A stretch of 62,301 nucleotides of DNA, the filler included. It is 8 parts of 8 records of this genome, joined end to end, with 100 filler letters (N's around TTAATTAATTAA, not from the genome) between each part and the next. Parts side by side here need not be neighbours in the genome. Positions count along the whole stretch, not along the records: positions 11,410 to 26,813 come from SRR7504441_1457; 7 more parts are not named here. One strand, written 5' to 3'. Of this stretch, positions 12,249 to 22,878 are shown in pieces. Under the pieces are notes generated by a model. That model was not told the origin of the DNA, made no database searches, and saw nothing but the letters and a program-made list of their open reading frames with translations. How positions within the stretch are numbered: position 1 is the first letter of the stretch; each line of letters opens with the position of its first letter. The translations under genes and the position numbers were made by a program.

Positions 12249-15200
12249 ATGGGAGCAGGCCGGATGGCTGGCGGCCTTCCCGTCGGGGGGCTCGCGGTGG
12301 TGCTCGCCGGCTGGCTGTTGGGGCTGAGGAGTGCGCTGGCCACCGATGCCGGTCAGTCCGCCCTCCCCCGCCCTCCCCGCTTGCCCCGGCCCCCGCCGCG
12401 CCGCCTTGAGCAGCCAGCGGCCACCTAGGAGCTCTCGCCGGCTCCGAGGCTGTGGTCGACGGGCGCGGGCTCGTGGACTGCCCCCCGCTTGCTGCGACCG
12501 GCCTCCCTGCCCCTCCCTCGGCCTGCGGCGGCGGTATCTCCGGTGAGGCTGACTGGTGTTTGGTGCAGCGGACGAACTGATCACCGACGTGGTCGACTGG
12601 GAGGCGCTGCTGCAGGCGGACGACGGGACCAAGCTGAAAGTGTCCGGGGACACGGCAGTGGCCAGCAACCTCGAAGTGGGCGGGGCCGGCACAGTGAAAG
12701 GCATCTTCACCGCCAAGGACAATGTCGAGCTGCACAAATCGCTTACCATCCGGGGTAAGACGCTCAGCCACGGCGGATCGGAGGTGGTGCTGGGGGCACT
12801 CGACGGGCTCAAGCAGCTGAACAAACGGTCGAACCGGGCGCTGGTGCACTCAGCCAGCCCAGTCGATTCCCTCCACCTCAACCACGATGGCGACTTTGAG
12901 GGAGGAGTGGTGGTGGGGGGACCGCTCACTAGTGTAGCTGGCAAGCTCGAAAGCCGCGGAGAGTTCACCTGCGGCAAGACCGTCAATGTGAAGGGCGACA
13001 CGGTGGTGCTTGGGCAAGGCTCGGGTAAGAAGCAAGGCTCTAAGACTGCCAACCGTGCACTTAAGCACTCGAGTGACCCCGAGGACTCGCTGTTTTTGAA
13101 CGTGGATGGGGACTTCGAGGGCGGTGTGGTGCTGCAGGGTAAGGGTCTATTCACCGACGGGAAGCTCGGGGTTGGCACGCGTGATCCGCTCGCAGAGCTG
13201 CACGTGTCATCAGGTGGTGAACCCACACTGCTAATGTCGAGCACCAAAAAGAGCAAGAACGCTGTGTTCATGCGGGCGGCTGAGGGGGCGGGATCCGGCG
13301 TGGACATGATTCTGGGCTCGACATCCGGATCAGCTGCATATGGTCGACTGACGATGGACTTTCCAAGCAAGGTCCAGTTGCTTGGCAAGGGCGGCACTGT
13401 TTTCAGCCGTGGAAAAACTATCTTCAAAAGTGGTAGGATCCCGGCAAGATTTACGACACGTTTGATGGTGGCGACAAGTTTTACCTGGATCCTAGCAGTG
13501 ACTCTAATGTGCAGAATATGAATATTGTTGGTCGGATCTCGTTTGGGCCTCAACCGGTGAAGAATCCGAAGTTTGACATGGAGCTGCCAGCTGGAGCAAC
13601 CCACCTGACCATGGGTCGGGCACTCTTCCTGAACGCCTTCAAGGGAGACTCGGCCCGGATAACCAACAATGCGTACGTCAACCCAGATGGCAAATTGGCA
13701 CTCTATGACAAGCAGAAGATGGCATCCGTGATCGAGCTGAAGAATGATGGTAAGATTGAGATGATGAGCACCAAAGAACCAGGCAAGCTGGACTGGGAGC
13801 TGCTCTTTGGCATGGATGCGCCAACCACCTCTGTCTACTCACTGGCAAAGCTTGGAGTTGGAACCAAGAAGCCGAAGCATGCCTTGGAAATGCAAGGCGG
13901 GGAGGCACAGCTTTCACTCGGAAACAACATGTTCCTCAATGGTGGTGGTGCAATTAATGTAATTGCTGCCAACGCTTACATAAAGAACCAGCAGTGGGTA
14001 ATTCCACGAAAGGATCGCTTTGCCAGTACCATTCATTTGAAAGACAACGGCAAGATTGAGATGTACGGCACACGGGGCCAAGGATCAGCTGAGTGGCACA
14101 AGATGTTTGGGTTTGATGCTCCAAACAAGAAGGTATACGCCTTTGGTAAACTCGGCATCAACACGGAGGATCCGTCACATACCATCACCATCCCATCTGG
14201 TGATCACCACATTTCGCTCGGCAACCACCTGTTCTTGAACGGGGCTGGAGCAGTCACACGAGTGATGGGCAATGCCTTCATGAAGCTTGGCAAGTATGCA
14301 ATCTCTGACACTGGCGCACATGGTCTGAGCATAGAGCTTGACAGCACCAAGTCTCAGATCAACTTTGGAGGTACTCAGTCCAAGGGCTCCGCAGCATTCC
14401 TCCAGCTCTTCAGCATCAACTTCCTTAAGAAAACTGTCGGGCTCGCCTCTGGTCGCTTGGGTGTCAAAACCCTGGAGCCAAAGACTACTGCTGATGTGCG
14501 TGGCCACCTGAACTTGCAGGACCAATCCAACTCGGCTGTGATCTACGCTCCCTCCAGTGGTCCTGGGATTTTCCTTCGCGTGGCTGATACCCCTGGCAAG
14601 TACTCACAGAAGCATGAGCGTTACTTCTTTGGGTCCAACTCAAGGGTTGGATTCGGTACAACCACACCTTCTGGCAAGTTGCACATTGTGAGCCAAGGTG
14701 GGGAGACCACGCTACCACACCTGGTGGCTGAGACCGCGGATGGCCTTGCATTCAAGCTCAAGGGTGCTAAGAAAGGATTCACATTCGAGACAAAAGAACG
14801 CAAGTGGTTCACCTTTGCTGGTGACTCAGTTAAGCCACTGGAGCTGTACGCCGATTCTGGTGAGGACACCCAGAATGGTGCCAAGTATAAGAAGACAATG
14901 GTGCTGCTTGCACACGCAGGTGGCCGAGTTGGGATAGGTGGCGAGGCTAAGAGCCACCACAACCTCTATTTGTCAGGCACTGGTGCAATGATCTCTGGTG
15001 GCTCTGCACAGAACAGAGGCGTGCTTGCTTTCAGCGGACTGCACGTAAAGCATGATAAAGGTATTGCCATTGAACACGGAGGCAAGCAGGTCCACCGGTG
15101 GGAAGTGGCCACACAGCCCAAGGCTGAGCTCAGCTTCAGTTTCATGGGAAAATCCAAGGTGGTGATGACCAGCACAGGTAACGTTGGCATTGGCACTGAG

Positions 15201-15597
15201 AAACCGAGCAAGACGCTGCACGTTGAAGGCGATGTCTTTGTGGCCGGCAAGCTCCAGGTCGATAACTGGTTCAGCAAGAAATCTAAAAAGAAGGCTGAGC
15301 GGAACCTCCTCACTGAGAGCGAGGCACTCATCCAATTGGATGAACATGTAGCGGGCCGAGCAGGCGAGGACCACTATGGGTGAGTGATGCTCTTGAGTGC
15401 AGGATCTGATTGGCGATTGCAGGATTGTGGACAGCGAGCACAACCCTGCAGATTATATCAAAATGATGGCTGTGATGCACAAGGTACCCAAATTTACACT
15501 TCCCATTTGCTTATTGTTTGTGTGCTAGGTGCTCCAAAGTCACCAAGAAGAAATCAAAAACCTCAAAGCTAAAGTTCAAGAGCTTGAGAAAAGATAA
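12249..15597 (+). CDS. Secreted phage-tail-fibre-like beta-repeat protein (about 1000 aa) with a degenerate S74/ICA-like C-terminal coiled coil
   Basis: Signal-peptide exon (12249-12351) and intron 12352-12568. Seven GxVG(I/V)GTxxP-type repeats, two NRALxH..D.L.LNxDGDFEGGVV repeats and three ~90-aa repeats. Ends ADYIKMMAVMHK/VLQSHQEEIKNLKAKVQELEKR* after two short introns. Frame change near 13435. Confidence 0.75.
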
Positions 15598-15727
15598 TTT
15601 GTAATTTGATATACGTTATTGAGACCGAATAAACAGCTCACATGTAAAAATGGACTTAGATAGCAGACTGGTTTATGATAATTAGGTTGTAGCCTGGCAC
15701 GGTCAAACTAGTTAATGGTGACTCGCT

Positions 15728-17016
15728 TTACTCGAGCTCGCCCTCCACTGTCTCTAGCAGCCCCTTGGCGTTCTGGCATCTCTTGTCGTCGAACTCCTCG
15801 AGCAAGCTGACACACCTGCCCCGTCCCGACTCAGCCGCTGCGGGCCCAGCTGCGCACGTGTGCAGCAGCTTCTTCCTCAGGTCGTCGAATCGTGTCGCTG
15901 GGTCGCTTTCCGCCACCCCTGGCACCGCAGCCGGGGCCTCCTGGACCACTTCTTCCTCTGGCGCCTCGACAGCTTCTTCCTCCGGCGGCTGCTCGGCTGC
16001 CTCAGCCTGCTCGGCTGCCTCAGCCTGCTCTGCGACCGCTGTTGAGCTCGGGCCAGCGCTCTCTTCTTCAGTCGCTTCAGTCGCGGGCGGCGCGTCGGGA
16101 GCCTCGGGGGCCGGCTGCCCGGAGTTGGCCATCTCGGCCTGTAGGTTGGCCAGGTCCTGCTTGGCCAGCTCTGCAGTCCGTTGGGCGGCGGCCCGCTCCT
16201 CCATTACGGTCTCAAGCTGAGCGAGCAGCGCCTCATTCTTGGCCTGGCTCTCTTCCAGAGTCTCCTCGTCCGCAGGCTGGAACTGGCCGAGGTCGACTGC
16301 TGTGGCCTCGGCTGCCTCGGCCGCCGAGTCGCGCACTTGGTCCAGCTGTTTCTCGAGCCCCTCGATCTTAGCCTCGTACTGCCAAATCGAGCCTGCCCCG
16401 CGCTCAGACCCGCTAAACCAGCCGCCCACCGCGGTATTGTTGGACCATAGTGTCCAGCTCGTCCACCCGGTTCCTGCCCCCCCGCTCCCCCCGGGCCCCG
16501 GGCCCCGGCGCACGCGTGCTGTCGCTCCATCTCCTCGATGTAGGCCGCGTGCGCTTGCATCAGCTCGCGCTTCTCCCGGATCTTGTTGTCTAGCTCCATC
16601 CGCGCCGTGTCCTGCCCACCGCTCGACCCGACCCCGCCGGCCGCCCACCAGCTCCGAGATCATCGCCCGGTTCCGGGCTTCGAGCTCAGCGATGTGCAGG
16701 CTGCCCCGGGCTGACCGGCCGCCGGGTGGGGGGTGGGACCGCTTGATCGATTCCATCTCAGCCAGCTTGCGGCCCAGCTCTAGCCGCTCCGCGTCCAGCC
16801 GCAGCACCTGGTCCTGCCCCCGAGCTGGCACCGCGGTGCGGGGGCTGGCCGGGCGCCTGCTTGTCCTGGGTCCGGTTCTGCTCCTCGTATACGACAGCCA
16901 TCAAGTGCGAGACCTGGGCCGGCCGGTCGGCAGCCGCAGCCCGCGAGATGGACCTGCACTTCCTTGTCGCGCAGCGATCGCTCCATCCCGATCAGAAGGT
17001 CGGTTCCCCCCGGCAT
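15728..17016 (-). CDS. Hypothetical coiled-coil protein with acidic Ala/Glu/Pro-rich region, multi-exon
   Basis: Exons join as MPGGTDLLIGMERSLRDKEVQ/VSHLMAVVYEEQNRTQDKQ/DQVLRLDAERLELGRKLAEMESIKR/.. with heptad character. Stop at 15728. Confidence 0.6.
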
Positions 17017-17714
17017 GGTTGGGCCTGGTGTCGTGTGTCGCGCCCTTGGACGAAACCGCGCAACGGCTCATGAATATTTCGAGGGTGTTGTTGTTGTCAG
17101 TTCCGTCTACGGCGCGCCGGCGGTGTCGGCAACGCGGCAATGTGTCGGCACCAGGCCTGCTTCCTTCCCACCTAGCTTCCCATCTCCAAAGGCCAACCTC
17201 AGTAGAGCTGCATGTGCCCCCTTCACAACGCTCACGTTCTTCGACTCTGAAACCCCGAAGTACCTCGAAGTATTGCCGTCGTGCCGTAATCTGCCACCCG
17301 ACCGCCCTCGCTTGGGATGTGATGTGATGAGCTAGAGTTTCACTGGCAGCAGTACGAGTCCAAGGATGCAGCTGCCGACCACCTGTGTCGAGCTTTGCAG
17401 CTTTCTCCAAAAATATGGTGAACTCGTTTCGTATGCTGGAGTGCCACAAGGTCGCGTTGGCGTCTCCATGGCGCGGGTGTTCAATAATAATACTATTCCT
17501 GTGGTAACAACAGCTATCTACATCATGGGAAAGTAACGGAATGTCGGACCGTGGTGCACATCGTCTCTTGCCGTCTAGCAGAGAGCTTGTTTGTGCTTTA
17601 TGGCTCATAACTTCGCCTATACCACTTCATGGCTCATATCTTTATGGGGCATCTACCAGACTAACGCCAACAAAGATGTTAATTATTAATTGACGTCTTA
17701 AGTTTAGACTAAGC

Positions 17715-18702
17715 TTAGTGGGAGGGAACACCGTCTTCCAAATCCGCTTGCTCGGCCAGCTTGTGCTCGCTCTTCTCGATCTTCTGGACGGGCAGGTCAT
17801 CGGGCTGGTCCTGGATGTTGGCCAGCTGCTGCACCCTTGGGAGCCAGAGCCAGCAGTAGAGTAGCGGGTTGCCCAGCTGCTGGGTGTGCATCAGGACGGC
17901 CATGAATCCCCAGACAGAGCCGGACTCCGTCAGGCTGCCCGACCAGTCCATGATCACTATCACCAGCATCGTGCTGAACCCCCACAGGAAGAACAGCCCG
18001 AGCACAGGGTACATCCACCAGAGCGGCTCCCGGCCCAGCTCCAGGCAGGCCGCGGCCAGCGTGCCGCTCACTGCGACGAACATCAGCGCGAACAGTGCGC
18101 CAACGGCATCAGCTTGGATGTCGAACAGGCAGAAATCCTTAGGGAAACGGTAGTGCGTGGCCCCCATTAGCGGCAGCGAGCACACGACCAGCGCGAACAG
18201 GGTAGCGGCCCCGACACACGCGGCCACCGGGGCCAACTCCGGGAACTTTTGCTTCCGGTGGACCCAGATCGAGATGCCGGCCGCCAGTCCAACGTACAGC
18301 GGCAGGCTGAAGCTGTAGAACCCCGAGTACCAGCCTTGGAAGGCGCAGGCCCCGGTGCCGCCAGCATACTTTTCCTCGGCCCTATTGGCCACGCAACTGC
18401 CCCAGCAGAAGAAGGCGAACAGGGCCTCCGCGGTGGTGATGGCGGCAGCGGCCAGCCGTGCGGTCGGGTGGGCATCGGTCGAGACGAACAGGATCCTGTA
18501 GTAGCCAAACAGGACGGCGACCAGCGCCAACGAGAGCGGGAAGATGACTGCCGCCGCCTTAGGGTTAGGGCCCGGGCAGGCGCGCACTCGGGACCAGCCA
18601 GGCCAGCTGGTAGGACGAGTAGGAGTCCAGCCGCTCGAGGTCGGCCGCCGCCACGTAGCTCGAGAGCAGCGCGCGCCCCGCCACACTCGAGGATGCGTCC
18701 AT
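17715..18702 (-). CDS. Seven-transmembrane, class A (rhodopsin-family)-like receptor, 315 aa, two exons (18588-18702, 17715-18547)
   Basis: MDASSSVAG..QLAWLVP/IIFPLSLALVAVLFG. About seven hydrophobic segments, with GGTGACAFQGW (TM3 Cys), SLPLMGATHY..FCLFD (TM4-ECL2 Cys) and HTQQLGNPLLY (NPxxY). Confidence 0.72.
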
Positions 18703-18963
18703 TGTTGCTGCTTGACTTTGACCGCGACTTCAAGCATGCGCAGCAATGACTCTCAGCGCTTCAGAGATGCGCCCACGCAGTGCCCACGTATTAATAACGT
18801 ACGCGTACTCGTAGCGCCGGGAACGGTACACATGTACTGCATGAATTGCATAGGTACTAATTAAAAATCTGTTTTATACACAACGCTATAATTATAATTA
18901 TAGACTAAGAGCCAACACGATGAGCACTGACAGCGGCGTGTTGAGCCGGCGCCGAGCAGCTGG

Positions 18964-20505
18964 TTATTTGTAGGCCTGCAGCTCGACCATGGCGTCAAGC
19001 TCCTCGCGCAGGTTCCAGCATAGCACGAACGTGTCCTTGAGCAGCGAGGCCGTGTCGACCACCTCGTCCGGCTCAGTCAGCTTGGCATTCCGGAAGTCAC
19101 GTAGCCCGGCCGCCAGCTTGGTGTCCTTGTCGTACTGGCTGCGCTGGATCATCGGCTTGAGCGGCTCGACCACCATCGCCGACGAGCTCGACCGCCAAAA
19201 CCGTTGGATCACCACTGCGGCCCTCAACTCCATCTGCTTGACCCACTGCCTGCGCTCGTGCTTGTACAGCACAAGCTTCTCGCGAGGACTGATCTGGAAA
19301 GTGTCCTGGACGGCCATCACCACCAGCGCCAGGTTGATCAACCCGATGATGCACAGGAAGCAGGCCGCCGCCCGCCCGAGGTCGGTGGTAGGGTAAATGT
19401 CCCCGAACCCGACGGTCGTCCAGGTGACCACCGCGCACCAGAGACAGTTCCTAAAGTACTTGAAGTCCTGGTCGGTTGGCCGCTCGAACAGCGAGAAGGC
19501 GTACGCGAATCCAGCGAGCGAGATCGCTGTGCCGATCGCGAGCACCTGCAGCTAGCAGTGAGGCGGGGGCTGCGGGGCTGCGGGGCCTTGGTGGGGTGCC
19601 GCTTGATCAGCATTTTGAGCATCATCATCTTGGAGATCTGCACCCGATGCAGCTTGCCCAGCTGGATTAGGTCGATAGAGGCGAGCCCGTAACTGCCCGC
19701 ACACTCAGTCAGGTGCGCCAGAGTGTCTCACAAGTCGAACAGGCAGCGGAACGGGAGGTAGATCCTGAACAGCATGAGCACCACCAGCAGGTCGTCGGTC
19801 GAGTAGTGGGTCACAAACTCGCCCACCCCGCGCATGGTGACCGTCCCACGCCAGCCCGGGATCGGGCACACCAGCACCAGCACCAGCTCCAGCAGCATCA
19901 GTGGGAGCAGCCCGGCTTCCCAGAGCCCCTCCAGCTCGAACACCAGCCCGCGCGCCTGCAGCTTGGCCAGCTGGGCCGCGTAGTACAGGTACACACCCCC
20001 GGCCAGCGTCAAGCATAGCCCTCCGTTTAGCCACTTGAGAGTTTCGTAACCGTCGCTGCCCACCGGTCAGCGCCCCTCCCAGGGCCCAGGCGCCTGAAGT
20101 TGTCCGGCTCGAATATGTCGGGCACCGCCATCGAGCCGGCCGGCACCATCACAGTCTGGCCCCATGCGATCTCCACCTGCCCGCAGGCTGCAGCCCCGCC
20201 CCCGCCCAGCCAGGCACCGTGGCCACGCCGAGCGCCACCGTGAGCAGCGCGAGCAGCCCGTTGGCCACGTTGATCGTGTTGAGCCGGGTGTCGTACGGGG
20301 CCAGTTTGTGCCGCTTGAGCCCCTTGGCCAGCTCAGCCTGGTAGCTGTCGAACACGCTCGGCCGGCCGGCCGACTCGGTCCGGCCGGCGGTCCGGCGGAA
20401 GAGCGCGGCCAGCTTGGGCTGGGCCTTCTGCACCTTGCCCCAGCCGGCCGACACCGCCTTGGGCTTCTTGGGCGGGTAGTCCGACAGGTCCCGCGTCTTC
20501 TTCAT
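18964..20505 (-). CDS. Small-conductance Ca2+-activated K+ channel-like (SK/KCNN family), multi-exon; true start may lie further upstream (up to about 20813)
   Basis: LELVLVLVCPIPG, LMLFRIYL, KMLIKRHPTK/VL, pore TWTTVGFGDIYPTTDLGR, and a calmodulin-binding-type AAVVIQRFWR after S6. Confidence 0.85.
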
Positions 20506-20977
20506 TTCACCATCCTTCCGCTGCCGCTGCTGCCAACAAGCCTCAACGCTCCGTTGTTGTTGTCGCTCGTTTTTCGCAGAAGCATGCCCAGCGTGCCCAG
20601 CCTCTCCATGGCCGCCTTGTCGGGCCGGACGTTGTCGGGCGCCGACGGCCCGTCGCTCCTGATCAGGTTGGTCTGGAGGGTAAGCAGCCCGTCCGCCTGG
20701 GCGTCGGGGCCCCAGCCGTCGAGGCGGGTGGCGCCGATCACCTGCTCTTGGTGAGAGCGTGAGAGTTGCGGTCTGACACCTGCAGCTCGGGCCGGCCGTT
20801 CAGGTGGTCCCATACTGACAACAGGTGCAATTGCTGATTGAGTTGAAGTTCTGAGACGACCCCGTCGTTGAGATGGAAGCCGATGAGGTCACCTCCCTTA
20901 ACACCACCTGATCATGAGTTGTGCACTCAGGGGTGACCACATGGTTCGTCCGTTGGAGCTCGGAGTCGCTCGACAGC

Positions 20978-22674
20978 ATGGCGACCCCGGGCGAGGACGA
21001 CGAGGAGCTGACGGCCAGCATGCTGCCCAGAGGTCCGTCTGGTAGTAGCGGGGCCCCAGCGGGGCTGCGGGCGCGGGCGGGGCTGGTGGTGGGCGGGCTA
21101 GTGCTGGCCAACCTCGCGGTGTGGCTGGCGCTCTGGCTGTGCGGCACCCGCTGGCCTGGGATCCAGGGGCCCGGCGCGCTGGCCTACACCTTCGGGCTGC
21201 GGCACGCCGTGGACGCGGACCACATCGCGGCGATCGACAACGTGACCCGCCGGCTGCTGCTCCAGGGCGGGAGTCCGGTCACTGTAGGCCTGTGGTTCTC
21301 AATAGGTGGGCTCCAGCCGCTCGGAGGCTGACTGCGGGCAGGGCACACGGCGGTGGTGGCGGTGATGTGCCTGGTGCTGGCTATCGCCGGCCAGGCGGTC
21401 CGCAAGAGCCTAGGCCCGGCCACGGAGGTGGGGGCTGTGGTCGGGACCGCGATCTCGGCCGCGGTGCTCCTGGCTATCGGAGTGGCCAACCTCTGGTCCG
21501 CCCGGCAGCTGGCCCGGCAGTGGCGGCAGCTCGGGGCGGCCTCGCCCGAGGAGCCGCTGCCGCCCGAGCAGGAGGAGCTGCTGCCGCCAATAGAAACGAG
21601 CCCTCGAGAGATCGAGGCGGCTCTAGCTAAGGCAGGTGTCAGCCAAACCCAACACTTGTCGGGAGAGATCAACGCGCGTATTCACGAGTGCATCCAGAAG
21701 CACGGGGTCGAGAGCCTGCCGCCCGACCTGCTGGCAGAGATCGCCGAGTATCTAGAGACAGTACAGAACAACCCGGCCCTGCTCGGACCGCCGCCGCCGT
21801 CGCGCGACCCGCTAGACTTGATCCGGGCGCGCGAGATCGGGCGGTCGGCGGTGGCGGAGGAGCGGCACCAGCGGATGCACCTGGAGGGCCGCGACCACGA
21901 GCACCTGGCCCAGGTGCCGCATGGCATGGGATGGCTCGAGTGCTCGGGCAGGTGGACAGGGAGGGCCAGCTGCAGAGCGAGAGCCAGATGGGCGGCGGGC
22001 TGGTCCGGTGCTGCGGCCGGTGCCTCGGGCTGGTGGACAGGCCGCACAAGATGTGCTGCGTCGGGCTGCTCTTCGGGCTCGGGTTTGACACGGCTAGCGA
22101 GGTGGCTTTACTCGGACTGGCGGCGATCGGGCCCAAGGGGGTGCCGAGCGGGCTGGTGCTGCTGCTGCCGGTGTGCTTTGGGGCCGGGATGGCTCTAGTG
22201 GACTCGCTCGACGGCATCATGATGCTCTGGGCTTACGGATGGGCCGAGGCCGACCCGAGCAAGCGGCTGTTCTTCAACTTGTATCTGACGGCGGCCTCGG
22301 GGCTTGTGGCAGTGCTGGTCGGGCTGGTGGAGGTGCTCGGGTGCGTGGCCAGCCAAACCAAGCTCGGGAAGGACGGCGGCTGGTTCTGGCGCGCCGTGGG
22401 GTCCATCAACGACCACTTTGAGTGGGTTGGGTACTCTATAATCGGCTTCTTTGTTCTCAGTACGATAGCCGCCGTGCTCGTGTATCGCTTCGGGCTCAAG
22501 CCTAGGCTCAAGTCCGCGGAGCGGCCTGAATACGCACCTGTGCCCCAACCGGCGGCGCTGAACGGACCGAGCTTTGAGCAAGCTGAATGCGACGAGGATC
22601 CGGGCGACCCGAATATGGATAACAAGATCAAAGACTTGTACAGACAAATCCGGATAGAGCCGATCGAAATCTAA
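20978..22674 (+). CDS. High-affinity nickel/cobalt permease, NiCoT family (HoxN/NixA/Nic1-like), three exons
   Basis: Signature [25 protein letters not shown] and [13 protein letters not shown], plus [20 protein letters not shown] and FFNLYLT. Confidence 0.95.
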
Positions 22675-22878
22675 GCTTAATCGTGTTTATTCGTAGTTCA
22701 TTCCAACACAAATCAAAATCAAATACGTAAACTTACTCGTAGAATAATTAATATTCATGAAATCACATGTCTGGCTGCTTGAATAGTCGTTACAAATAGT
22801 CCAATCTCATCGATGAATGGGCACCATTTCTGACCACGACGAGAGCTCGTACCAGTTCATAAAAGCTACATAAAAGCA

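Noticed and set aside
12135-13604. Long antisense ORFs (489 aa here; also 25361-26533 and 16239-17327)
   Set aside because: These are shadow ORFs opposite real genes, expected from high GC and codon bias, with no recognisable motifs.
12249-15597. Fibre-like gene as part of an integrated prophage or endogenous virus
   Set aside because: It has host-type introns and a signal peptide, its neighbours are ordinary eukaryotic genes, and no capsid, integrase or polymerase is nearby.
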